From Gemmatimonadales bacterium (lineage in GTDB: Bacteria; Gemmatimonadota; Gemmatimonadetes; Longimicrobiales; Gaopeijiaceae), in the NCBI GenBank assembly GCA_038120095.1, contig JAYOKZ010000012.1, positions 541 to 64,540 of the forward strand: a DNA stretch of 64,000 nt, written 5' to 3'. Each line of letters begins with the position of its first letter. The first letter of the stretch is position 1. The position numbers were made by a program, and so were the translations under genes. The notes beneath the pieces were generated by a model. That model saw only the letters and a list, made by a program, of their open reading frames with translations. It made no database searches and was not told the origin of the DNA. Below, in pieces: positions 37,866 to 47,050 of the stretch.

Positions 37866-38639
37866 ATGGCAGCCGACCACCCGTTTGCCCTTCAGGGACC
37901 AGCCCAGATCATCGCGCATCGCGGTTATAGTGCTCGTGCCCCGGAAAATACCATCTCGGCCCTCTCGCTCGCCCTCGACCACGGGGCGACGGCCGTCGAA
38001 TTCGACGTGCACTCGGCAGGGGACGGCACCCCCGTTCTTCTGCATGACGCTACGCTCGACCGAACGACGAGTGGTCGCGGCCCCGTCACTGACTACAGTG
38101 CCGCCGAGCTCTCGTCGCTGGACGCCGGCTCCTGGTTCGGACCGGAATTCGCGGGAGAGCCGGTGCCGTCCCTCGAGGATACGCTGGTAGAGATCAAGGC
38201 TCGCATCTCCTGCATCTTCGCCGAACTCAAGGGTGTCCGGGACATCGGGGATGTCGCAGCCATCGTCGCACTGTCTCGAAGTGCCGAGCTTGGGGATCGA
38301 ACGATCTTCATTTCGATGGACTGGGCCCTTCTCGACGAAATCCGCCGCTGCGACCCCGAGGCACGAATCGGATTGATCGTCCATGAACCGGCCCTGATCG
38401 ACCCGGCCCTTGCCCGGGCTCAAGGGGATCCGCACTGCATGCTCGACTTCGACGCAGAGATCCTCCTGGCACGACCAGAGGTCGCGGCTCGGGCTCGGAA
38501 CTCGGGCATCGCGCTGGCAGCATGGACCGTTGACGAAGTACACCAGGCGGAGCAGCTGTTTGCCATGGGCGTACCCCGAATCACGACGAACGAGGTGACC
38601 CGCCTCCTCGCATGGGCGAAATCGCTGGAGGAGCGTTAA
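37866..38639 (+). CDS. Glycerophosphodiester phosphodiesterase family protein
   Basis: IAHRGYSARAPENT and VEFDVH motifs of the GDPD family. Start set to ATG at 37866. An alternative ATG lies at 37836. Confidence 0.8.
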   Translation: MAADHPFALQGPAQIIAHRGYSARAPENTISALSLALDHGATAVEFDVHSAGDGTPVLLHDATLDRTTSGRGPVTDYSAAELSSLDAGSWFGPEFAGEPVPSLEDTLVEIKARISCIFAELKGVRDIGDVAAIVALSRSAELGDRTIFISMDWALLDEIRRCDPEARIGLIVHEPALIDPALARAQGDPHCMLDFDAEILLARPEVAARARNSGIALAAWTVDEVHQAEQLFAMGVPRITTNEVTRLLAWAKSLEER

Positions 38640-40528
38640 CCGAACGCCTCGACCGATGTCCCCTCTCCGACGGTGGGACCGGAGATGGGAAGTCGCAGCG
38701 TGAACGTGCTTCCCCTGCCGACCTCGGACTGCAATTCCGCGAACCCGCCGTGAGCCGCGGCCACGCCCTCGACGATCGCGAGGCCAAGACCCGCCGAGCC
38801 GCCATCGCGCCCACCACCCTGCGCGAAGCGATCAAAGATGCGCTCGGCGATCTCCGGGGGAACACCGGGTCCGGTATCACGAACGGTCACGAGCACCCAC
38901 GCCTCCTCCAGACTGGCACCGACGACGACCCGACCAGCCTCCGGGGTCAGTCTCAGGGCATTGTCGAGCAGGTTCGAAAGGGCCTGGAGGATCCGGTCGC
39001 GGTCTACCCGCGCCAGCACCGGACCCTGGCTCTCCACCGTCAGGTCGATCGACGCCGACCGCGCCTGCGTCTCGAAAAGCCCGACTGCCTCATGGAGAAT
39101 CGGAAGCAGGTCTTCCTGAGAGGGTCGAACGACGAAGACACCTTCCTCGATGCGAGACACGTCGAGGAGGTCTTCGATGAGGTTCTGCATCCGCTTGCCC
39201 GACCGGCGGATGATCTCAGCCTGCCTGCGGCGCTGCCCTTCATCGAGAGGAAGATCAAGGAGCAGGTCAGCAGCTGCGAGCGCGACGCCGAGGGGGTTCC
39301 TGAGATCATGGGAGACGATGGATACGACATCCTCGCGCTGCCTCACCGCCCGACGGAGGGCAGACTCTCTCGCCAGCGTCTCCGTCATATCGGAGAAGGT
39401 GAGGACCGACCCACGGAGTTCGGTGCCGTCGATCATGGGACGAAGAGACCAGCGGGCCGGAAATGCGATGCCCTTCCTGTTCCACAAGACGGCGCCCTCG
39501 CCCGATTCCAGCGGACGTCCCCCGGCTACAGCAGTGAGAATCGGTGACGACTCGCGCGCTCGGGCCGTTCCGTCCGGGTCGGAGTGAAAGATCGTCTCGT
39601 GAACTCCCCGGCCCCGAATCTCCGATTCGGCATAACCCAGCAGGCGCGCACCTGCTCGGTTCAACGAGGTGCACCGGCCCGCGAGATCGAGTCCGAGCAC
39701 TCCGTCGCCGGTAGCTTCGAGCAGCGCATCGATCTCACGACGCGCCTGCACCGCCTCCCGACGACGACGCTCCTGCTCGGCCGTGAGCGCCCGATACCGG
39801 TATGCGACCCGGCCGACGATCAGCGTTGCCAACAAGGCCACAATAGCCAGACCGAGAGTGATCCTCGACTGGATTCGCTGCTCATTCGCCATGCGCCGAC
39901 GGCTGGCCTCGAGTTGAGCGAGGATACTGAGGTCGAGGTCGCGCGTTGCCCGCTGAAGGTCATCGTAACCACGTCTGACCAGGGCCCTCGATCCTTCCGA
40001 CGGGCCCTGCTCAAAGATCAGACTGTTCGCGAAGCGCCAGTCGAACGACTCGTTTCGAAGAGCCGCGACCCTCTCGAAGACGGTTCGATCGACATCCAGC
40101 GACGACGAGTCGGACACAGCTGCCGCGAAGATGTCCCGATCCAGCTCGCGCGTGATGATACTCAGGGAGTCGAGGACGATGTCCTCGTCGTCAATCGCAG
40201 CGTTGTAGAAGTCCCGAAACACAGGGTCGGACGAGAGCATGAAGCCCTCGACTCGCGCCATTTGGCGGGCCTTGAGGAGGCCGAGTGTCGCACTGAGCCG
40301 CACGGCCGGCTCCACGACATTGGTGATACGATCCTGCACCGCGGCTACCCTTCGGCCGAAGTGGGTCGGAACAGCAGCGAGCGCGACCAGAGAAACCGCG
40401 ACGAAGCCCAGAGCCCACAGGCCTCGGGCGGAAGGCGTCCCTGACGGACCGGGGTGAACGTCACCCGCAGCGTGGGCAGACGGAGGAGACCCTGAGTCGT
40501 TCCTCACGGTGGCTCCCCCCCGTTCCAC
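38636..40528 (-). CDS. Sensor histidine kinase (TM / sensor region / PAS / HisKA / HATPase_c)
   Basis: 630 aa. H-box SIVSHDLRNPL, N-box LSNLLDNALR, G-boxes DTGPGV and GLGLAIV, and a PAS-like segment before the H-box. GTG start directly abuts the upstream stop. Confidence 0.88.
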   Translation of the reverse strand: MERGGATVRNDSGSPPSAHAAGDVHPGPSGTPSARGLWALGFVAVSLVALAAVPTHFGRRVAAVQDRITNVVEPAVRLSATLGLLKARQMARVEGFMLSSDPVFRDFYNAAIDDEDIVLDSLSIITRELDRDIFAAAVSDSSSLDVDRTVFERVAALRNESFDWRFANSLIFEQGPSEGSRALVRRGYDDLQRATRDLDLSILAQLEASRRRMANEQRIQSRITLGLAIVALLATLIVGRVAYRYRALTAEQERRRREAVQARREIDALLEATGDGVLGLDLAGRCTSLNRAGARLLGYAESEIRGRGVHETIFHSDPDGTARARESSPILTAVAGGRPLESGEGAVLWNRKGIAFPARWSLRPMIDGTELRGSVLTFSDMTETLARESALRRAVRQREDVVSIVSHDLRNPLGVALAAADLLLDLPLDEGQRRRQAEIIRRSGKRMQNLIEDLLDVSRIEEGVFVVRPSQEDLLPILHEAVGLFETQARSASIDLTVESQGPVLARVDRDRILQALSNLLDNALRLTPEAGRVVVGASLEEAWVLVTVRDTGPGVPPEIAERIFDRFAQGGGRDGGSAGLGLAIVEGVAAAHGGFAELQSEVGRGSTFTLRLPISGPTVGEGTSVEAFG

Positions 40529-41854
40529 CTATTCGTCGAAGTCGAAGTCCTCTTCGCCCTCGTCGAACGTGGCATCCCCCAGGGCGAAGCTCGCGTTGAG
40601 CGCCTCATCCGTCTCGGTGCCGAAGATCCGTCCTGCGATGTACTCCCCGAGTACCGGCCCGGACTTGAAGGACTCGGCTTGACCACCGCCGGCCAACCAT
40701 ACGTTGTCGAAATCCGGATGCCGATCAATCACGAAATTGCGCGATGCCGTACTCGAGTAATGACAGGCACGTGTCTCGTTGATGATGCCATCGGCGAGGG
40801 CCGGGAAGAACCTCGAGAGGATCTCCCGCGGCCGCGCGTGACGATCTTCCGGGACCCATCGAACGCTTTCGTCGGGATGATCGGACCGTGCACCCCCGGT
40901 GCGTATACGGAACCCTCGATTGTCGTGCGGTAGCGCCGGCCATCCCGTGCACCCCGGCACGCCATACGATGGGCAGTTCGGCCAACGATACGACTCGTCG
41001 CCGGGCGGCGTGGCAAAGTAGTAGACGTGCCCGACGGCAGAGGCGCGGAAGCGATTGCCCATGAGCTCCGGCAGGAAGTGCGCAAACCAGGCGCCGGCAG
41101 CGTAGACGAACATGCCGGCCTCCAGTTTTTCTCCGTTCGACAGGTGCACGTTGTCCAGCACACGCCCGTTCTCGTCCCCGTGGGTCGCCTTGACAATCCG
41201 GATCTCGCCGCCCTCCTGCTGAAACACGCGCGCGACCGACTCCATGGCCCGCCGAGCTCTGACCACGCCGGCCGACGGCTCGAATACCGCTGCCCCCATG
41301 TCCGGCGTCTGGATCATGGGCCACCGGTACGTGACCTCTTCCGGGGTCAGCACCTCGTACGGATGTCCAAGGAGATCCCAGTTCGCCATCGACTGCTCCA
41401 TCGACGGCGTCATCTCCTCGCGCATGATGATGTCGCCCGTCTCGTAATACAGACGGGGCAGGAGTGCATCGGAATACTCTTCATCCCACTGCTTCCACTT
41501 CCCCATCGATCGGATGGCCCATTCGGCCCACTGCAGGCCAACGGCCACGCCCCCGTAGCTGCTCCTGACGCCCCGCGTTTCTCCCCCGGACGCCGACTTG
41601 GAGTTGCCCGGCCCATACTGGTCGAGCAACGTCACCTTCATGCCGCCGCGCTGCAGGTTGAGGGCGGTCCATGCGCCGAAGTTGCCGGCTCCTACCACGA
41701 CAACGTCGGGAATCTGCCCACTCCGGACGAACGGCGCCCGCTGCGGCTTCGCCGCCGGTCTCGACGCAGCCCCCACCTCGGCAGGCGCTCCGGCCACGGC
41801 AAGGCCCGCGCCCGCCGTCGCGACCTTCAGGAAATCACGTCGATCGATGCCCAT
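40529..41854 (-). CDS. Tat-exported FAD-dependent oxidoreductase (DAO / sarcosine-oxidase-like)
   Basis: 441 aa. Twin-arginine signal MGIDRRDFLKVATAGAGLA, dinucleotide fold VVVVGAGNFGAWTA, and an acidic C-terminal tail FDEGEEDFDFDE. Confidence 0.75.
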   Translation of the reverse strand: MGIDRRDFLKVATAGAGLAVAGAPAEVGAASRPAAKPQRAPFVRSGQIPDVVVVGAGNFGAWTALNLQRGGMKVTLLDQYGPGNSKSASGGETRGVRSSYGGVAVGLQWAEWAIRSMGKWKQWDEEYSDALLPRLYYETGDIIMREEMTPSMEQSMANWDLLGHPYEVLTPEEVTYRWPMIQTPDMGAAVFEPSAGVVRARRAMESVARVFQQEGGEIRIVKATHGDENGRVLDNVHLSNGEKLEAGMFVYAAGAWFAHFLPELMGNRFRASAVGHVYYFATPPGDESYRWPNCPSYGVPGCTGWPALPHDNRGFRIRTGGARSDHPDESVRWVPEDRHARPREILSRFFPALADGIINETRACHYSSTASRNFVIDRHPDFDNVWLAGGGQAESFKSGPVLGEYIAGRIFGTETDEALNASFALGDATFDEGEEDFDFDE

Positions 41855-41911
41855 GCTCGTTGTGTCGAAAGGTGGAGACGGTCAGAACCGCGGGTGCCAG
41901 CCCCTCCGTCG

Positions 41912-42403
41912 TCAATTCCGAATCGAGGAGAGGCTGATTCCGTCGAGGACACCACGATCTGACGAAAGTTCGGCACTCCCCGGTTCGAATCCATTCATGC
42001 GGAGAATGTAGGAGACGATGTCCACCGCCTCGTCCTCGGTCAGGCTACCCGGGGCAGTCTCCGGCATCTGGGTCTGGATCATCTGGTACAGGGAGCCGGC
42101 ATGCCGGCGACTCCACTTGAACTTGAACTGAGAGTCGGAGAACTCACTGGATGAGTGACACTCAGTACACTGGCTTCGGAATACCTCCCGGCCACGATCC
42201 GCCTGATCATCCGTGAATGAGGCTGCAGCAGCGGTCACGGTGGGCGACGCCGACGGAGCGGGGGCTGCGGATTCCGCCATGCCGCCGGAGGAGGCCTCCA
42301 CCGCGGGCGTGGCGCCCGAGGCGGCCCCCGGAGCTCCGGAGGACGCACACGCTGACAGAGCGATGAGCGAGGCCCCGAGCAGGATCTTGGTTGAGCAATT
42401 CAT
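41912..42403 (-). CDS. c-type cytochrome lipoprotein
   Basis: 163 aa from ATG at 42401-42403. Lipobox LIALSAC, an Ala/Ser/Pro-rich linker, a heme-binding CTECH, and a distal Met region (QTQMPET). Confidence 0.75.
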   Translation of the reverse strand: MNCSTKILLGASLIALSACASSGAPGAASGATPAVEASSGGMAESAAPAPSASPTVTAAAASFTDDQADRGREVFRSQCTECHSSSEFSDSQFKFKWSRRHAGSLYQMIQTQMPETAPGSLTEDEAVDIVSYILRMNGFEPGSAELSSDRGVLDGISLSSIRN

Positions 42404-42495
42404 CGAGATTCGGGCTTGAGACAAAGGCGGGGTAGAAAAGAGCCGGGGTTGTGCTACCCGGCAACGTCGGGGCCACTCGCCCACGCTTCGGACCC

Positions 42496-43611
42496 CTAAA
42501 TCTTGATGTAGATCCGCCGCGCGTGAAGGAGCCACATCATCCCCAACCAGAAGGCCACGTATGACACGGCGAAGGCCATTGACCCGTTGATGTCGCCAGC
42601 CCAACTGCGGAATACCGAATCGTAAATCCAGGCGTACAGCGATGTCCCATCGTCACCACCGACTCGAATGCGCCCCATCGCCTTCGTGAACATCCCCGAC
42701 GCGACGAAGACGGCGATCGCGTTCATGCCGTACACGACCATCCAAGCCTGCCACGCCCCCCGGACGCGTCGCACGTCGATCAGCCAGTACATCCCCACGA
42801 GCACGAGGAGCGCCGTGCCTGCCGTGAACAGCACATAGGAACTGGTCCAGAGATTCTTGTTGATCGGAAAGACCAGCCCCCACGCAAGCCCCGCAGCCGT
42901 GAGTGCAACCCCGCCCATGAGCAGAGCCCTGGTCTTCGCCGTTCCGCTCTGGCTCCCCTTCAGACACTCCCCGGTCACAATCCCGAGCAGGGAGGTCACG
43001 ATCGCCGGAAGGGTCGACAACAGACCCTCGGGGTCCCAAGAACCCTGCCAGAGGCGGCCGGGCATGACCATGCGGTCGACCCACGCAGCGAGATTCCCGT
43101 CGGGACCGAGATCACCTGCTCCAAACCCCGGCACCGGAACCAGCATCATCGCAGCCCAGTACCCGACCAGAAGTGCGAACGCGGCCACAGCCCGTCCGCG
43201 ACGCTCGAGATACAGGTATGCGGAGGCGGCGGCGAAGTATACCAGCCCAATGCGCTGAAGGACTCCGTACAAGCGCATCGAGCCCCAATCGAACGAGGGG
43301 ATGGCCCGCATGGCGATACCCAGACCGATCAAAATCAGGGACCGCCGAACCACGTGGCGCATCAGGTCCGACCGGGCAGCACCGACCTCGAGCCTCCGTT
43401 CGAAGGAGAAAGGGATGGCGACGCCGACGATGAAGAGAAAATACGGGAAGATCAGATCCGTTGGTGTCCACCCGTGCCACTCGGCGTGCCGCAGGGGGGC
43501 ATAGATGTGAGCCCAACTCCCCGGGTTGTTGACCAAGATCATTCCCGCGACGGTCAGGCCGCGGAATGCGTCGAGCGAGACGAGCCGAGCCGACGTCGAT
43601 CCTTCGGTCAT
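42496..43611 (-). CDS. DUF5009/DUF1624 family acyltransferase-like membrane protein (HGSNAT-like)
   Basis: RLVSLDAFRGLTVAGMILVNNPGSW is typical of the family, and the protein is polytopic. Start set to ATG at 43609-43611, an ATGA overlap with the mobA stop. Confidence 0.75.
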   Translation of the reverse strand: MTEGSTSARLVSLDAFRGLTVAGMILVNNPGSWAHIYAPLRHAEWHGWTPTDLIFPYFLFIVGVAIPFSFERRLEVGAARSDLMRHVVRRSLILIGLGIAMRAIPSFDWGSMRLYGVLQRIGLVYFAAASAYLYLERRGRAVAAFALLVGYWAAMMLVPVPGFGAGDLGPDGNLAAWVDRMVMPGRLWQGSWDPEGLLSTLPAIVTSLLGIVTGECLKGSQSGTAKTRALLMGGVALTAAGLAWGLVFPINKNLWTSSYVLFTAGTALLVLVGMYWLIDVRRVRGAWQAWMVVYGMNAIAVFVASGMFTKAMGRIRVGGDDGTSLYAWIYDSVFRSWAGDINGSMAFAVSYVAFWLGMMWLLHARRIYIKI

Positions 43612-44222
43612 GGCCGGCGCTCCAGGTCGGCGGGAACATTTACGTTCGCGGAAACGGCGCGAGCCGCCCCCGGCGTCAGGACAAGCTTCATCCCACCGAC
43701 CGACTCCACCAGAGCTCGGGCAGCTCGTTCCCCCTCGTCGAGCAGCCGGCTGACCCGATCGGCGCATTCGACCCGATAAAGGGCACACAGCGGCTCGAAG
43801 TCAGGCTCACCCCGCCGGCCGGCAGCGACCGCGAGCGTCGGAACCGATCCTGCAGCCACGACGTTTGCCGCCGACGTGATCGTCCGTATGACACCCGGAT
43901 CGACATAGGGCAGGTCTGCCGCGAGAACGAACACGGCCGCCGCTCCAAGCCCGGCAGCATGGTGAAGCGCTGATTCAATACCCGCCAGCGGCCCGATACC
44001 CGGACGGAGATCCGGAATCACGGGTCCCCACGCATCGAAACCGGGACGGGACGATACGATGACGACGTCCTCGCATACGGCCTCGAGTGCGGTCTTCGCT
44101 CGGACCACCATGGGAATTCCGTCGACTTCGACCTTCGTCTTGTCCTTCCCGAAACGGCGGCTCTCACCTCCGGCCAGCACCGCGCCGATCAGAGGGCGCA
44201 CCGCTGCACTCCCCGGATACAT
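43608..44222 (-). CDS. mobA: Molybdenum cofactor guanylyltransferase
   Basis: 204 aa. GAVLAGGESRRFGKDK nucleotide-binding motif. Adjacent to fdhD. Confidence 0.8.
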   Translation of the reverse strand: MYPGSAAVRPLIGAVLAGGESRRFGKDKTKVEVDGIPMVVRAKTALEAVCEDVVIVSSRPGFDAWGPVIPDLRPGIGPLAGIESALHHAAGLGAAAVFVLAADLPYVDPGVIRTITSAANVVAAGSVPTLAVAAGRRGEPDFEPLCALYRVECADRVSRLLDEGERAARALVESVGGMKLVLTPGAARAVSANVNVPADLERRP

Positions 44223-44247
44223 CCAGGAGATCGGGTTCGTGCGCTAC

Positions 44248-45090
44248 TCACCTGATTCGCTCGGACCCGGTGTAGACGTTGAAGCCACCATTTCGAGTGA
44301 AGCCGACCAGAGTCTGTCCAAAACGGCGAGCCAGATCGACCGCCAGACTCGAGGGGGCTCCGACGGCCACCAGCATGGGGATCCCCGCGACCACGGCCTT
44401 CTGAACGAGTTCGAACGACGCCCGACCGCTCACGACGAGAATGCGCTCGGCGGCCGGGAGTCGACGGGCCAGAAATTCATGCCCGATCACTTTGTCCACT
44501 GCGTTGTGGCGACCTACGTCCTCCATCACGAGGAGGCGCTCTCCGGAGGCATCGAAGAGCCCGGCGGCGTGGAGCCCTCCCGTCCGCTCGAACACGGCCT
44601 GACCCTCGAGCAGTCGATCCGGAAGATCCGGGATTACGTCCCGCGCCACAGAGTATCCAGTCGGGATCACCGTGCACCCCGTCGCTTCCACGGCTTCGAG
44701 GGAGGCCTTTCCACAGACCCCGCAGCTCGAGGTCGTGTAGACGTTTCTCCGCACGAGATCGAGGTCAAAGACCGAATCACCCGACAGGCGCGCCTCGACG
44801 ACGTTGTATTCCTGTTCGTCATTTCCCCGGCAATAGGTCAGCTCGACGAGATCCGCAGGGGCCGTGACGACCCCTTCGCTGCGCAGGAACCCGGCAACGA
44901 GATCGAAGTCGTGGCCCGGGGTCCGCATCGTCACGGCGACCGCCTCCACCCGGCGCCGCTGGCCCTCGAGCCACGATACCCGGATCTCGAGTGGCTCTTC
45001 CACCGCAAGCGCATCCTTTCGCACCTGTGACGATCCTTCGCGATAACGCTCGACTCGGACCGCTCTTGTCCCACCCCGCTGACCGATCAC
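44248..45090 (-). CDS. fdhD: Formate dehydrogenase accessory sulfurtransferase FdhD
   Basis: EEPLEIRV, the SSCGVCGK active-site Cys motif, and RHNAVDKVIG. Start set to GTG at 45088-45090, 10 nt after the upstream stop. The track start at 45219 overlaps the Yip1 gene. Confidence 0.85.
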   Translation of the reverse strand: MIGQRGGTRAVRVERYREGSSQVRKDALAVEEPLEIRVSWLEGQRRRVEAVAVTMRTPGHDFDLVAGFLRSEGVVTAPADLVELTYCRGNDEQEYNVVEARLSGDSVFDLDLVRRNVYTTSSCGVCGKASLEAVEATGCTVIPTGYSVARDVIPDLPDRLLEGQAVFERTGGLHAAGLFDASGERLLVMEDVGRHNAVDKVIGHEFLARRLPAAERILVVSGRASFELVQKAVVAGIPMLVAVGAPSSLAVDLARRFGQTLVGFTRNGGFNVYTGSERIR

Positions 45091-45100
45091 GAGCGGCCCT

Positions 45101-45604
45101 TCAAAACGGGAGGACCATCTGGAGAATGTTGTAGACGCCTCCACCCACCAACACGGCCAGAAGTGTCCTGCCGTTCCCGATGTCGAGAGCCTGACGAATG
45201 GCGATGAACGCGGTCGCAAGCATCCACCCTCCCACCACCGCCGTCACCACCGTGCCGACAACGGGCGCGATGCCGATCACGAGAAGTACTCCAGGTGCCT
45301 TGGCGAATCCGAGCGTGCGGAGCAGCTCTCCCCACGTGGCCTCGCCCTGAAAGATTCTCACCCCGACGAAGTAGGTGACCCCCGCCCACGTGAACCAGCT
45401 CAGCAGCTCGACGAGCGCGATCCTGGCCGCCGCGAACGGTCCGATGTCCCACGCGCCAGCGGCCTGGCATAGGGCAACGAGCACGACGACGGTCGCGGCC
45501 TGCAACGTCGCGTCCTGATCGTGCTCGACCTCCTCGTACGTCTCGATGTCCAGCAAGGCCGCGCCGATCATTCGGGCCGAGATCGATCCGTCCGTCTTCG
45601 TCAT
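45101..45604 (-). CDS. Yip1-domain membrane protein
   Basis: 167 aa with 4-5 TM helices. The N-terminal GAALLDIETYEEVEHD pattern resembles the YIP1/DUF1282 type. Assignment is moderate. Confidence 0.5.
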   Translation of the reverse strand: MTKTDGSISARMIGAALLDIETYEEVEHDQDATLQAATVVVLVALCQAAGAWDIGPFAAARIALVELLSWFTWAGVTYFVGVRIFQGEATWGELLRTLGFAKAPGVLLVIGIAPVVGTVVTAVVGGWMLATAFIAIRQALDIGNGRTLLAVLVGGGVYNILQMVLPF

Positions 45605-45647
45605 TCTCCGGTCCTCCGTCGAGCCCTGCCGTGGGAAGGGGGCCGGA

Positions 45648-47015
45648 TCAGCGCGGGAGGCGTACCGGCATGTCCGCCACCACGTACGCCATCACGGCCA
45701 TGGTCGCGACACAAAGCGCCACTTCGTCAGGATCCAGCTTGTCCACGGTATCCGCGTCACTGTGATGGTACCAGAAGTATTTCGGCCCATCCACGTTCAG
45801 ACCCATCCCGGGCACCCCCGTTGCCATGAGTGGTGAGATGTCGGCGCCACCTCCGCCCCGGGTCACGCTGCCCGACTCGATCCGATCCAGCAGAGTCCCG
45901 ATTTCACGAATCATCGCGAAGGCCTGGTCCGACCCGGTAAATCCGAATCCACTCGGTTTGAATACCCCTGCATCCGATTCCATCGCGAGAACGTGATACT
46001 CGTCTTCATGGTGTGCCACGTATTCCCGACCTCCGGTTCGGCCCTGCTCCTCACTCGTCCAGCCTACGGCCCGGATCGTTCGCCTGGGCTGCAGACCGAG
46101 TTCCTTCAGCAGGCGGATCGCCTCCCACGCAGCGACGACCCCACCGGCATCATCCATCGCGCCCTGGCCGACATCCCACGAATCGATGTGTCCGCCGAAA
46201 ACGACGACTTCGTTCGGGAACTCGCTCCCCCGGATTTCGGCCATGACGTTACGGCCCGGGACGTCGGGAAACGTCTGCGCTTCCATGCGGAGATGGAGTT
46301 CAACCCGCTGACCGCGCTCCTGCATCCTCTGAAGCAGGTCGGCGTCCTCTACAGTGATGGCCGCATGGGGAATTCGAGGAACACCTTCCTCGTAGCTCGA
46401 GTTGCCGGTGTGAGGCGTCTGCTGCGAGTAGGGGGTCACTGAGCGGATCAGACTGGCCACCGCTCCTGCTTCGGCGGCCGCGACGGCACCCCCCGAACGG
46501 TACTGGACGGTCTCGCCGTACGTCGTGAAGGGGACATTGAACAGTACGAGTCGCCCCGCCGCCTCGTCAGCCCGTTCCTCGAGATCATCGAAGGAGTTGA
46601 CGACGAGAACCTCGCCACGAATCCCTCCCGGTGGAGTCCCGACGCTGAAGCCCAGACCGAGCATCGGAAGGGTACGAGGCCACGGAAGGATCATCTCGAG
46701 GCTCTCTTCCCCACGGACCCAATGAGGGACCATGACCCGCTCGGTGTGCACGTTGTCGAAGCCGTCGGCATCCATTTCCTCCGCGATCCAGTCGATCGCC
46801 CGCTCGAGTGCCACCGAGCCGGATATCCGCGGTCCAAAGGTCTCGACGAGTTCGGTCAGACGAGCATAGGCATCGTGGTCGCCTGTCGCCGCATCGATGA
46901 TGCGGTCCGCAACATCGCGGTAGGCGTCTGCGATCTCCTGTCCCCTGGCCGTCGCCGGCAGCAGGAGTGCCGCGGCGACGACGGGAACGAGCATTCGACG
47001 GATGAAGTTCCTCAC
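45648..47015 (-). CDS. Secreted M28 family aminopeptidase
   Basis: Zn-ligand regions VVVFGGHIDSWDVGQGAMDDAGG and SEEQG, plus the HHSDADT C-terminal motif. Start set to GTG at 47013-47015, preceded by AGGAGA. Signal peptide VRNFIRRMLVPVVAAALLLPATARG. Confidence 0.82.
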   Translation of the reverse strand: MRNFIRRMLVPVVAAALLLPATARGQEIADAYRDVADRIIDAATGDHDAYARLTELVETFGPRISGSVALERAIDWIAEEMDADGFDNVHTERVMVPHWVRGEESLEMILPWPRTLPMLGLGFSVGTPPGGIRGEVLVVNSFDDLEERADEAAGRLVLFNVPFTTYGETVQYRSGGAVAAAEAGAVASLIRSVTPYSQQTPHTGNSSYEEGVPRIPHAAITVEDADLLQRMQERGQRVELHLRMEAQTFPDVPGRNVMAEIRGSEFPNEVVVFGGHIDSWDVGQGAMDDAGGVVAAWEAIRLLKELGLQPRRTIRAVGWTSEEQGRTGGREYVAHHEDEYHVLAMESDAGVFKPSGFGFTGSDQAFAMIREIGTLLDRIESGSVTRGGGGADISPLMATGVPGMGLNVDGPKYFWYHHSDADTVDKLDPDEVALCVATMAVMAYVVADMPVRLPR

Positions 47016-47050
47016 CGAAATCTCCTGGGGCCGCCGGATGATCCGGCGGG

